Below are positions 30,129 to 40,065 of a stretch of 64,000 nucleotides of DNA, piece after piece (positions within the stretch are counted from its first letter, which is position 1; each line of letters starts with the position of its first letter). A program made the translations under genes and the position numbers. The notes beneath the pieces were generated by a model that made no database searches, had not been told where the DNA came from, and saw nothing but the letters and a program-made list of their open reading frames with translations. Source of the stretch: Candidatus Thalassarchaeaceae archaeon (GTDB taxonomy: Archaea > Thermoplasmatota > Poseidoniia > Poseidoniales > Thalassarchaeaceae); assembly GCA_023700255.1 (NCBI GenBank), contig JAJPRD010000001.1:53566-117565 (forward strand), given 5' to 3'.

Positions 30129-31310
30129 ATGGTTGCGGATACATCATGGATGTCTCAGCGTTTTAATGAGTTAAAAAATCAAGGTCTCGATTGGAATCCT
30201 CCAACCCTTGAAACCGCTAATGACGCGAAATGCATTATTGACGGTAAAGAAACTATTATGCTTTCATCAAATAATTATCTAAACCTCACTAATCATAAGA
30301 AAGTTATTGATGCAATGTTATCTGCTACTAAAAAATATGGTGCAGGAAGCGGTTCAGTCCGTGCAATAGCAGGAACAATGGACATTCACCTTGCTGCCGA
30401 GGAAAAAGTCGCAGAATTCAAGAAAGTAGAATCATCATTAATTTACTCGGCAGGATATACGGTAAATGTTGGTCTTATTCCAACATTAGTCCGTGGTGCA
30501 AAAGATGTGATTATCAGTGATGAATTAAATCATGGTTCTATAATTGATGGAGTAAGGTTAACAAAAGCCCGACGTGCAGTTTATGCTCATAATGACATGT
30601 CTCAATTAGAGGCAGTTTTGAAGGAAAACTCGGATGCTGATAGGAAATTAATTATCACTGATGGTGTATTCTCAATGGATGGAGATATAGCACCATTAGA
30701 TGAAGTTACTAAGTTAGCGGAAGAGTATGATTCAATGGTATATGTGGATGACTGCCATGGTGAAGGTGTTCTCGGAGACAAAGGAGCAGGCATTGTGGAT
30801 CATTTCAATTTACAAGGAAAAGTACATTTTGAAGTTGGTTCATTTTCAAAAGCACTTGGAGTTCAAGGTGGAATACTGGCAGGTTCTGAAGAAGTTCGAA
30901 ATCACGCGTTAAATCATTCGCGCTCATGGCTATTGTCTGGGAGTCAACCTCCAGGTGTAGCAGCGGCTCAAAAAGCTGCAATAGAGGTTCTAATGAGCGA
31001 GCCTGAACATCATAATAGGCTTTGGAATAATACTAACTATTTCCGTAAAGAGTTACAATCACTTGGTTTTGACACAGGTGTTTCTGAAACTCCAATAATT
31101 CCAATAATGTGTGGTGAATCTCTTATTGCAAAGCAATTATCTAATGAACTCAGTAAAGTGAATATAATGGCAGGAGCAATTGTATTTCCGATGGTTTCTA
31201 AGGATAAAGCAAGAGTTCGAACCCAGATGTCTGCTGGATTAACTAGAGATAATTTAGATCAAGTATTAAGAGTATTAGAAGAAATAGGCCCTAGACTCGA
31301 TTTAATTTAA
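30129..31310 (+). CDS. kbl: Glycine C-acetyltransferase / 8-amino-7-oxononanoate synthase family (PLP class II aminotransferase)
   Basis: SSNNYL, SDELNHGSIIDG, TDGVFSMDGD, DDCHG, SFSKA; exact substrate not certain. Confidence 0.75.
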   Translation: MVADTSWMSQRFNELKNQGLDWNPPTLETANDAKCIIDGKETIMLSSNNYLNLTNHKKVIDAMLSATKKYGAGSGSVRAIAGTMDIHLAAEEKVAEFKKVESSLIYSAGYTVNVGLIPTLVRGAKDVIISDELNHGSIIDGVRLTKARRAVYAHNDMSQLEAVLKENSDADRKLIITDGVFSMDGDIAPLDEVTKLAEEYDSMVYVDDCHGEGVLGDKGAGIVDHFNLQGKVHFEVGSFSKALGVQGGILAGSEEVRNHALNHSRSWLLSGSQPPGVAAAQKAAIEVLMSEPEHHNRLWNNTNYFRKELQSLGFDTGVSETPIIPIMCGESLIAKQLSNELSKVNIMAGAIVFPMVSKDKARVRTQMSAGLTRDNLDQVLRVLEEIGPRLDLI

Positions 31311-31320
31311 GGGTGATTAA

Positions 31321-31740
31321 ATGGTTAAATCTTCAACACTTGATGATGACATGATACAATCAATGATGACTCGAATAAATTCTGTTCCAATAACATCTAC
31401 TTTAGAAATGGAAATATTGAGATTAGATAAGGGTGAATGTGAAGCACTTGTACCCCGAAAAGAAATGTGGGATGGTATATACGAGACATTTCATGGAGGT
31501 CTTCTGGCAACAATTGCTGATAGTATAACTTGCTGGTCAATCCTAACCGAAATAGGTTCTGAATCCAATGTTGCTACTACTGATTTTAATATCCGTTTTT
31601 TACGTCCATGTAAGACAGATGTAAGATGCTTGGCTAAAGTCATTAAAATAGGTCGAACCATGGTTCTTGCTGAAGCCCAACTTTTTGATACGGATAATAA
31701 GCTAGTTGCAGTCTCTCAAGTGAACTATATTCGATTATAG
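31321..31740 (+). CDS. PaaI family thioesterase (hotdog fold)
   Basis: FHGGLLATIADS, TTDFNIRFLRP, KIGRT. Confidence 0.88.
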   Translation: MVKSSTLDDDMIQSMMTRINSVPITSTLEMEILRLDKGECEALVPRKEMWDGIYETFHGGLLATIADSITCWSILTEIGSESNVATTDFNIRFLRPCKTDVRCLAKVIKIGRTMVLAEAQLFDTDNKLVAVSQVNYIRL

Positions 31741-31746
31741 AATCAG

Positions 31747-32382
31747 TTAATCTAATTCTTCAATTACATTTTCTATTTCTGCATTATTTTTCTCGATAGT
31801 CTTTTCATTTTCATTTTGTGCATGAATTGTTTTCTTCATACCTTCAAATGGGTCTAGATCTCTATCTATTCTTTCTAGCATCCTCCATCTTGGTGCATAG
31901 GATAGTTGAATATACAATGGACCTGGTGATATTATTAGAAAATATCCAATCCATTCTAACTCTTCAGGTGTTGAAAATGTTATCGCAATCATTGTAATTA
32001 ACAATCCAATGAAAGGAATAGGGTAAAGATATCTTCTTCTTTTTTCAAGCCTTACGGGTGGTCTCTTCAATATTGATGACATCATTATTGAAATACCGCC
32101 AAGAATTGCACAGATGAATAAGATTATCAAACTTTTAATAAGCCATAGTTGAAAGATTACTAAAAATCCTTCTGAGTTGAGATAACCATCATAGATACTT
32201 GTTAAAACTAAAATAAAATTAATAATTAAACCATAAATCAAACCTACAAATACTGGATGTGAATATGTTAATGGATATCCTAGGAATAGTTGACTTATCG
32301 AGCCACCTTCTAGCATGAGTTGATGTTCTTCATCAAGTTCACTCAGGCTCTCCCGCCACCTTGACATATTCATCCGGCCCAT
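31747..32382 (-). CDS. Hypothetical 4-TM membrane protein
   Basis: 211-aa ORF with four hydrophobic segments; no recognised family. Confidence 0.65.
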   Translation of the reverse strand: MGRMNMSRWRESLSELDEEHQLMLEGGSISQLFLGYPLTYSHPVFVGLIYGLIINFILVLTSIYDGYLNSEGFLVIFQLWLIKSLIILFICAILGGISIMMSSILKRPPVRLEKRRRYLYPIPFIGLLITMIAITFSTPEELEWIGYFLIISPGPLYIQLSYAPRWRMLERIDRDLDPFEGMKKTIHAQNENEKTIEKNNAEIENVIEELD

Positions 32383-32522
32383 GTCCCCCCTCTTTCACTA
32401 TTACGGGTAGTAAAAGTTCGAATAATGTCATTATAGCGTGTTTATCTAGTATTATGATTTCTAATCACAATATCGGAGATATTATGACTTGTTCACATTG
32501 GGGAATGATTTTGTGGTATTAG

Positions 32523-33692
32523 ATGAGTAGTGAAGATGTGTTGTTTACGATTACTAGCAAGAACCTAGATTCCGGATTAAGAGGCGTGCCGGTGGGGACT
32601 TGCCAAACCTCATTTGTAGACCCTTACGAAGGTGTACATTATGTTGGTTATCCAGTGGAAGATTTAGTGAATATGGAAGAAGAGGATGTTATATTCTTGT
32701 TAATGAACAAACGTCTACCCACAGAAGAAGAAGCTCAAGAGTTCCATTCTGAATTGACACAAAGGGGCGAAAATATACCTACTGGAGCACTTAGAGTATT
32801 AGAGTCATTAACTCCAGGAAGTGGCCATCCTATGGACTGGCTTTCAATAGGGATAATGGCACTTGGTGCAGCTGAAAATACAGGAGATACAAAAGCAGAT
32901 GCAATGAATTTAATTGCTAGGATGCCTGAGTTAATGGCGAGAATTTTCCGTCTTAGAGCAGGTGAGAAAGATAAATTAAAACCTCGTAGACCTGGTTTAG
33001 GACTAGTAGAAAATTTTGTTCATATGATGGGTTTTGAGGGTCAAGAGGCAAGAGATATCGAGAGAGTATTACGTTTCTTTTTCATTCTTCATATGGATCA
33101 TGGTGGAGGAAATTTGTCAACTTTCTCAGGGAAAGCAGTGGCATCGGGGTGGGCTTCGATTTATTCATCAATTTCAAGTGCAATGAATGCTCTTTCCGGG
33201 CCTCTTCACGGCCGGGCGAATCAAGCATGCCTTGAATTTGTACAACGAATTGGAACTTCTGATCATAAAGAAATTGAAACTTTTGTTCGTGCTGAATTAG
33301 AAAATCGTCGACCAATATTTGGATTCGGACACGGTGTTTTGAGAGCCGAAGACCCACGCGCTCGTTTACTTATTGAACTCGGTGAAGAGATCTGTCCAGA
33401 TGATGACAATTTCAAGATAGTTAGAGCATTGAGAGAAGTTGTACCTCCAATACTTAGTGAAATACCTAAGATAAGTAATCCTTACCCTAATGTTGACATT
33501 GCTAGCGGTAGTCTTCTTCATTCAGTAGGTTTTACAATGCCTGAATACTATACTACATTCTTTGGTTGGGCACGTGTAGCTGGAATAAGTGCTCAGATAT
33601 TAGATGAGCGAAATTCTAGAGACGGTAGAGGTACACCTATTTATAGACCAAAATATATACCTAAAAACCAGCCTTTACGAAGATTAGATTGA
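32523..33692 (+). CDS. gltA: Citrate synthase
   Basis: HMDHGGGNLST, LSGPLHGRANQ, FGFGHGVLR..DPR, YPNVD. Confidence 0.93.
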   Translation: MSSEDVLFTITSKNLDSGLRGVPVGTCQTSFVDPYEGVHYVGYPVEDLVNMEEEDVIFLLMNKRLPTEEEAQEFHSELTQRGENIPTGALRVLESLTPGSGHPMDWLSIGIMALGAAENTGDTKADAMNLIARMPELMARIFRLRAGEKDKLKPRRPGLGLVENFVHMMGFEGQEARDIERVLRFFFILHMDHGGGNLSTFSGKAVASGWASIYSSISSAMNALSGPLHGRANQACLEFVQRIGTSDHKEIETFVRAELENRRPIFGFGHGVLRAEDPRARLLIELGEEICPDDDNFKIVRALREVVPPILSEIPKISNPYPNVDIASGSLLHSVGFTMPEYYTTFFGWARVAGISAQILDERNSRDGRGTPIYRPKYIPKNQPLRRLD

Positions 33693-34829
33693 TCAGGAAA
33701 ATCCACCACGATGGGATTTTCCCGTTCCTCTGTGTCCAATGATTCGTGATGCTTCCCATGGTAAACTAGATTCTGAAGTCTCTTTCAACAAAGTATTCAT
33801 TTCTCTTTCCCATAACCATCTTTCACTCCAGTTACTAATGAATGACTTTCTTTCATTATGAGATAGTTCATGCCATGGTGACACCGTATTCTTTAGTTCA
33901 GATATTTTCGAATAATGCTGATCCACAGGAGTTTCATCTAATTCTTTTCTTAATTCATCGGTCAAAGGTTGTGTTGCAGGTTTTGTCCAGCGCGCTTGTC
34001 CTGTTTCTAGGGTTACTGAATAAGGTGATAAATCATCAGTCAGTCCAGTCAGTCCAGCATCTAGGAGTAACCTTTCTGCATCAGATTTTGACGGCCATAC
34101 ATAAACTGGATATCCTCTTCGATATTTTGTCAATTTTTCTAATTTTTTCCCCTCGAGTCCAACGGTCCAACCCATGCTCACATTACTCTCAAAACCTCTA
34201 AGGTATTGTAATGAACAAGGTAGCATAGGTGATTTTTCTTTTCTCTGCATATCCATTAATTTAGGTAATGAGTTCAATAAAAATGATGGTGCCGCACAAA
34301 TTCGTTGTGTCGTCCAATTACCCCATGATCTAATGTGTGGCCTTAATCTACTAAATTTCAAATCACTATTTACCTTTTTAGAAGCTGATGTTAACTTCGG
34401 TTCGAATGAATAAATTACTGTGCTACTCTCGCTTCGTTCAATTGGATCAAGCAAATATTTTAATTCATTAATCATTTTAATCATATGCTTTTCTTTAGCA
34501 TTACCATCAAACCAACCTCCTGCCTTTCCACTAGAGGGGTGTGGTGCTTTGAGCTCGATACAAGTGAACGCCCCTTCTTCTGTCCATCTACGAATAAAAT
34601 CTTTATTTTTAAGTAAGTCATCAAATAGATCAACATATTCTGGTAACTCTTCGAGAGTCATACATTCAGGGTAATGTCCCGATTCAGTTTTAGAATCATG
34701 ATGAAGTATTAGTCGATTATCTTCACTAAGTCGTAAATCTAGTTCTACTCCATCGCAAGCTTGCATTCCATAAACTAGGGCGTCAACGGTATTTTCTCTT
34801 GGACGGGTCCAATCGTCGTCTCCATCCAT
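33693..34829 (-). CDS. Glycerophosphodiester phosphodiesterase (GDPD) family, apparently circularly permuted
   Basis: RENT, GVELDLRLSED..LHHD, IELK, VYVW, GLTDD; IIGHRG lies at the C-terminus. Confidence 0.8.
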   Translation of the reverse strand: MDGDDDWTRPRENTVDALVYGMQACDGVELDLRLSEDNRLILHHDSKTESGHYPECMTLEELPEYVDLFDDLLKNKDFIRRWTEEGAFTCIELKAPHPSSGKAGGWFDGNAKEKHMIKMINELKYLLDPIERSESSTVIYSFEPKLTSASKKVNSDLKFSRLRPHIRSWGNWTTQRICAAPSFLLNSLPKLMDMQRKEKSPMLPCSLQYLRGFESNVSMGWTVGLEGKKLEKLTKYRRGYPVYVWPSKSDAERLLLDAGLTGLTDDLSPYSVTLETGQARWTKPATQPLTDELRKELDETPVDQHYSKISELKNTVSPWHELSHNERKSFISNWSERWLWEREMNTLLKETSESSLPWEASRIIGHRGTGKSHRGGFS

Positions 34830-34930
34830 ATATATCGGAAATAGGTTCTAATAATTAATTAAGTGTTTTTCAAGACTTATCCGCCCCAACGCTAAAGTGA
34901 GTAAAAGACAACGCGAGGCTAGGTATAACC

Positions 34931-36718
34931 ATGTCAGAGACAATTCAACTTGACCGAAAATCAAACCCGCAAGAAGTAAGGGGATACGCATTATATGATT
35001 GGGCAAAGTCAGCATTTGAGACTTCAGTAACAGTAGCCGTTCTACCAGCTTGGTATGCGTATCTTTTCCTTAAAGCAAATGGATTGACAACTACGATTGG
35101 TTCAATTGAGATGCAGGGCGATGCAATTTGGTCCTTTGCAGTTGCTTTTGGTACATTATTTGTAGCACTTATAAGTCCATCATTAGGTGTAATTGCAGAT
35201 AGAAGAAGAATCAAGATGTGGTGGTTGAGAATTCTCACTTATGTGGGTGCAGGATCAACTTTTCTCTTAGCATTCGCTCCGATGTTACCTATAGATACTC
35301 AATGGGTTTGGTTAATGGTTTTCTTCATGCTAGCAAATGTGGGATTGAATGGTGCGGGTGTATTCTACAATGCTCTTCTTCCACATATTGGTACTGATGA
35401 TGAAATGGATAGGATTTCGAATCTTGCTTTTGCATATGGTTATCTCGGAGGAGGACTATTACTCCTTGTTCACTTAGTTATGGTCTTATCTTTAGATGGA
35501 GATTGGGTAATTCCATTCGTCATGGCATCTTCAGGAATTTGGTGGTACGGTTTTGCTCTGTTCACATTCAAATGGGTACCTGAACCCCCGATTGAAAATG
35601 AGATGGATTCACTCGGTTTTACTGCATCTGCAAAACTAGCTTTTTCTGAAATAAGAAAAACTATTGGTGAGATAGAAAAATTTAGAACCCTTTTCATTTA
35701 CATGCTAGCATACTTTTTCTTTATTGATGGTATAAACAGTGTGACTGCTTTAGGGGGTGTATTTGGTTCTACAGTTCTAGGAATTACAACTGTTGATTTA
35801 ATTGTGACAATTCTTGCTATTCAATTTGTTGCTTGGCCATCTGCACTTATGTTTACTAGGTTGGCAAGTAAAATAGGTACTAAATCTGCACTTAATGTAT
35901 CTCTAGTGGGCTGGGTAGTTCTTTGTTTTGCAGCACTTTCTTTCGCTCCACTCGAATATACTCAACACACCGATTATCAGATTCAGATTGAAGAGGTTGA
36001 TGGGGAGTGGTTCTATACTCCACATGCTAACTTAGGAGAGACACCTATTGCCTTAGTAGAAGGAGGTGATGAACAGTTATGGGCTGAATCTATGTTGCTT
36101 TCTTTGGGAATAGTCCAGCCAGATGCAGATATTACTGATGCCGAAATTTTTGAGTGGGCAGGTTTTGATGATGATGGCAATGTAATTACTATCAGTATGG
36201 GTACTCTGGATTCGGAAACTATAGCATCTTTATCTGATTCATTCGAAGATACAAGATTTTCAATTAGTGCCAAAGACACTTCTACTATGGTGGGATTCGA
36301 ACATCCTACAAGCCTTGGTGATGGTGTTATTGATATTATTCCTGAAACTGTAAGGACTTTAGTTTGGGCTCCATTAGGGCTTACAGTAGGGATTCAATTC
36401 TTAATTTTAGGTTGTTCTATGGGCACTCTTCTTGGTGGTTCTCAAGGATTAGCAAGAAGTATGTTTGGTCAAATGGTACCTGAAACTAGAAGTGCTGAAT
36501 TCTTTGGTTTCTTTGGTTTCTTTGGGAAAGTTGCTGCATTCATAGGGCCATTATTGTATGGATTTATGACTGTGATGTATGATAGTCGAATGGGTCTTCT
36601 ATCAATCGCAATACTGATTTTAATTGGTGCATTAATGATGAGAATGGTTGATTTAGATCAGGGTCGCCTTGACGCTCAAGCTGAAGATGCTCGTAATCGA
36701 GGATTAGATATCGAATAA
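34931..36718 (+). CDS. MFS transporter, UMF1/Atg22-like, with acidic loop insertion
   Basis: YDWAKSAF, FYNALLP, GYLGG, YFFFIDG, QGLARSMF..P..SAEFFGF. Confidence 0.85.
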   Translation: MSETIQLDRKSNPQEVRGYALYDWAKSAFETSVTVAVLPAWYAYLFLKANGLTTTIGSIEMQGDAIWSFAVAFGTLFVALISPSLGVIADRRRIKMWWLRILTYVGAGSTFLLAFAPMLPIDTQWVWLMVFFMLANVGLNGAGVFYNALLPHIGTDDEMDRISNLAFAYGYLGGGLLLLVHLVMVLSLDGDWVIPFVMASSGIWWYGFALFTFKWVPEPPIENEMDSLGFTASAKLAFSEIRKTIGEIEKFRTLFIYMLAYFFFIDGINSVTALGGVFGSTVLGITTVDLIVTILAIQFVAWPSALMFTRLASKIGTKSALNVSLVGWVVLCFAALSFAPLEYTQHTDYQIQIEEVDGEWFYTPHANLGETPIALVEGGDEQLWAESMLLSLGIVQPDADITDAEIFEWAGFDDDGNVITISMGTLDSETIASLSDSFEDTRFSISAKDTSTMVGFEHPTSLGDGVIDIIPETVRTLVWAPLGLTVGIQFLILGCSMGTLLGGSQGLARSMFGQMVPETRSAEFFGFFGFFGKVAAFIGPLLYGFMTVMYDSRMGLLSIAILILIGALMMRMVDLDQGRLDAQAEDARNRGLDIE

Positions 36719-36721
36719 TGA

Positions 36722-37516
36722 TTAACGTCGTAATATTTTATCTACTAATAATGCAATTTCTAGTAATAGGATGATTGGTCCTCCAACTAGAAACATTGAG
36801 AGTGGATCAGGTGGAGATAATGCTGCCCCTGATAGAATTGCAATAAACCAAATCATTCCTCTATTCTCAGTAATACTATTTCTACTAATAACTCCATTTC
36901 TCAGTAATAATAATGCGACCAAAGGAGTTTGGAAGCTTACTATTGAACCAAAAAACAGACCAATTATGAATCCTATCCATGATTGTAATTGCCAAGTATT
37001 CGATAATCCTACATTTGCCGCATCATTAGCTAGGAACTCAAGAAGCATAGGTATCAGTATCTTATGAGAATAAAAACCACCAATTATTCCTAGCCCAATT
37101 ATCGATATCAACACTATAATTAATTTAGATAATTTGAAATTATTATTATCAGATTTATTTCTTCTAGCAGTATTAATAATATTTCTTCCGTTCCAAGTCA
37201 AATCCGAAATTATCGCTATAAAAATCAATATTAATCCAATTTGCACGGAAATTCTTAATTTTAGCAGAATAACTTCCATAGGCTGTAATATAATTATTGT
37301 GACTCCACTTGGTAAATAACCATCAGCGTTCAATAACCAATCAATTATATTTTCTGACAAAGGATAACCTAGAACTATTCCTATTAAAAAAACTCCAATA
37401 AATATTGTCAAGCGCCTTTTCAGATAATTAACTAATCCTACGAACTCAGCCATTGGGACCAAGTCCTTTGGACGCTTATCCATGTTGTCGCGTGGGGGTT
37501 CTATTCCTGAATCCAT
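36722..37516 (-). CDS. tatC: Twin-arginine translocase subunit TatC (divergent)
   Basis: L..LKRRL, P.E...LK, FQTPL, AALSPPDPLSM. Confidence 0.75.
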   Translation of the reverse strand: MDSGIEPPRDNMDKRPKDLVPMAEFVGLVNYLKRRLTIFIGVFLIGIVLGYPLSENIIDWLLNADGYLPSGVTIIILQPMEVILLKLRISVQIGLILIFIAIISDLTWNGRNIINTARRNKSDNNNFKLSKLIIVLISIIGLGIIGGFYSHKILIPMLLEFLANDAANVGLSNTWQLQSWIGFIIGLFFGSIVSFQTPLVALLLLRNGVISRNSITENRGMIWFIAILSGAALSPPDPLSMFLVGGPIILLLEIALLVDKILRR

Positions 37517-37536
37517 CGCTTTGAGGTTTTACAATT

Positions 37537-38652
37537 TTATCTTCTTAGTATGATAGAAAGAATATCTCCATCTTTAAGCCTATGATCTAAACCAACTCTT
37601 TGCCAATCAAACTTTCCACTCGGACCCTTAACTCTTGCATATCTAAATTTTCTTACAAAATCACGATGTAATTTTGCACAAATATCTCTCACAGTAGATG
37701 TATCTTTGATAATCAAAGGTTCAACTAAATCTGCTTCTTGTCCTTGCGGTTTTAGATATATTGACATGAAGTGTAGGTTCTTAAATATGAAATCTTTCAT
37801 GTTATCTATTCCCATACCTGTTTTCGCTGAAACTTTTAAAACAGGCCAATTTTCAGGGATCATTTCCATTGTTCTTTGAATATCATTTTCATTTGCCAGA
37901 TCTATTTTATTAATTACTACAACTGCATTACTGTAAACCCGATTTCCTGCCAGAGTATCTACTATGTGGTCATCTGTCACATTTGTTCTGAGAGTTACTG
38001 TTGCAGAAACGATACCGAAACTTCTGACGATATCTTGTATTTCTTCATGTGTTAAATTTGTTTGCTTAACAGTTGACCTTACTACAATACCACCTCTATT
38101 TGATCTAGTGATGAATACTTGAGGTTCCCTTTGATTTAATCTCATTCCCGATTTCCATAATTCCATGTCTAAAATATCAAAATGTGATTCTTGAAAAGGG
38201 TCTAACACGTAAAGTACCATATCTGATCCTCTTATGACATTGAGAATTTCCCTACCTCTACCTTTACCATCAGAAGCCCCTTTAATTAATCCTGGAAGAT
38301 CTAATATCTGTATTTTTGCTCCTCTATGCTCCATTAAACCAGGTATACATGTAAGTGTAGTAAATGCGAAGTTTCCAATTTCAGATTCAACATCTGTTAG
38401 CTGAGATATAAGGCTTGATTTTCCTACGCTCGGAAAACCAACCAAAGCGACAGATGCATCTCCAGATTTTTTGACTTCGAAACCTGGGCCACCACCACTT
38501 GCTTTTGCATGAGCTTGCGCCTTTTCTTTCCTAGCTCTTAATGCTGCAATCTTCGCTTTTAGTTTGCCTATGTGGGCATTTGTGGCTTTATTTTTCTGAG
38601 TTTTACCTATCTCCTCTTCGAGTAACTTGATTTGTTCCTCGATTGTTGCCAT
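37537..38652 (-). CDS. DRG family GTP-binding protein with TGS domain
   Basis: TQKNKATNAHIGKLKAK, GFPSVGKSS, DLPGLI, NKID, RVGLDH.L.DGD. Confidence 0.93.
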   Translation of the reverse strand: MATIEEQIKLLEEEIGKTQKNKATNAHIGKLKAKIAALRARKEKAQAHAKASGGGPGFEVKKSGDASVALVGFPSVGKSSLISQLTDVESEIGNFAFTTLTCIPGLMEHRGAKIQILDLPGLIKGASDGKGRGREILNVIRGSDMVLYVLDPFQESHFDILDMELWKSGMRLNQREPQVFITRSNRGGIVVRSTVKQTNLTHEEIQDIVRSFGIVSATVTLRTNVTDDHIVDTLAGNRVYSNAVVVINKIDLANENDIQRTMEMIPENWPVLKVSAKTGMGIDNMKDFIFKNLHFMSIYLKPQGQEADLVEPLIIKDTSTVRDICAKLHRDFVRKFRYARVKGPSGKFDWQRVGLDHRLKDGDILSIILRR

Positions 38653-38771
38653 GTCTAAACCTCTTATCCCGACTTATGAATATGTAGGTGGCCCAGCCCC
38701 CTATTCTTCAATTGAATGCCTAAGCGATAGTTCATTGTCTACTTCTCTTTGGCTATACCTGAGGGGCGGCC

Positions 38772-39458
38772 ATGGCTGATGTAATACTAAATTTAGTAAA
38801 TATGCCAATCTTCAAAAAATTAATGACCATGCCTCTACAAGATTTGTTCAATGAAATTGAAGTTCAAACATTAAGGGGTAAAAGGCCGAAACTTGATACC
38901 CGTTTCCATCGTGATTTCGATGTAGATTTAGAAGGGGATATACTCGAATGGTCTGACAAAAACTCAACTCTTGATTTTTCCAAATCAATAATTCTACAAC
39001 CTGTTTCTAAAGGAGATATTAATGAATTTGGAATATTATTGGCAAAGTGGTCGTCTAAATCCGAATGGAAATGTTGGGATGCTCGCCTATTTCTTTATCT
39101 CGAACCCTCTCTGAATAATCCAATCGAGAGTTCTGATGAGTTTCTTTCTTTTTCAATATGGAATGATTTCGCAATTGCCTTATCTAGAACTGACAAAAAA
39201 AGTTATTCTGAGTCAGTAGTTCTTGATTGGATGGGGAGAAGGGAAGGTTTCGGTGAAACTATGGAACCATCTGAAGATCCAAGAATATTGCCAACTATGG
39301 CTGCGCATAAATCATCTAGTGAGTTATTACATATATTCCTTGATAATCTTCAATCAAAAGATATTAATTTACTCATTGGTCGCGAATATTTAGAACCAAC
39401 CCTTTGGAGTATCAATGGTGTATCTTTAGTAGATTCAATGGAGGACAAATATGAGTGA
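38772..39458 (+). CDS. Hypothetical protein
   Basis: 228-aa ORF overlapping the downstream nadM start; no recognised motif. Confidence 0.65.
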   Translation: MADVILNLVNMPIFKKLMTMPLQDLFNEIEVQTLRGKRPKLDTRFHRDFDVDLEGDILEWSDKNSTLDFSKSIILQPVSKGDINEFGILLAKWSSKSEWKCWDARLFLYLEPSLNNPIESSDEFLSFSIWNDFAIALSRTDKKSYSESVVLDWMGRREGFGETMEPSEDPRILPTMAAHKSSSELLHIFLDNLQSKDINLLIGREYLEPTLWSINGVSLVDSMEDKYE

Positions 39459-40065
39459 ATTACCTTTATCTCCACCACCTCCTAAATACCCTAATAAATC
39501 TGGTTTTGTTGTTTTAGGGCGATTTCAGCCTTTCCATAAAGGCCATGCTTTAATGATCCAAGAAGCCGAAAAATCCCGTTTAGAAAACCATCCTGGTTTG
39601 AAATTAATAATAGCAATTGGTTCGTCGAACCGCCCTGAAACTCTGAGAAATCCTTGGTCTTCTTCCGAAAGATCAGAAATGATCTCTTGTTGGCTTAAGG
39701 AAGAAGCTGGATTTGACGCGATTATAGTATCAATTCCCGATATAGAAGACCCTCCTAACTGGGTTAATCATGCAGAAAAATATCATGGTAGCGCGGGTGT
39801 ATTTTTTAGTAGTGATCAATATTCCTGTGATTTGTATAGTGATTCGAATTGGACCGTAATTCATACACCATTAATTCAAAGAGATAATTTTGAGGGCTGG
39901 AGAGTTCGTGAAACAGCTAGGATGCTTTCTACAATCCTTGATAAAAAGGCTATTGATACTGTATTAGGTGTTTCTACTCCAAAATCTGTAATCGATTACT
40001 TATTTTCAAATGATTATCTTAAGAGACTCGCCTTCCTAGGTGAAGGTGGGGAACCAGTTGGTTAG
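39451..40065 (+). CDS. nadM: Nicotinamide-nucleotide adenylyltransferase (NadM-like)
   Basis: GRFQPFHKGH, IGSS....RNPW...ER, IPD..W. Confidence 0.82.
   Translation: MSELPLSPPPPKYPNKSGFVVLGRFQPFHKGHALMIQEAEKSRLENHPGLKLIIAIGSSNRPETLRNPWSSSERSEMISCWLKEEAGFDAIIVSIPDIEDPPNWVNHAEKYHGSAGVFFSSDQYSCDLYSDSNWTVIHTPLIQRDNFEGWRVRETARMLSTILDKKAIDTVLGVSTPKSVIDYLFSNDYLKRLAFLGEGGEPVG

Noticed and set aside
36500-36526. 9-bp tandem repeat TTCTTTGG(T/G) x3
   Set aside because: Simply encodes FFGFFGFFG within the MFS motif region; not a CRISPR or contingency repeat
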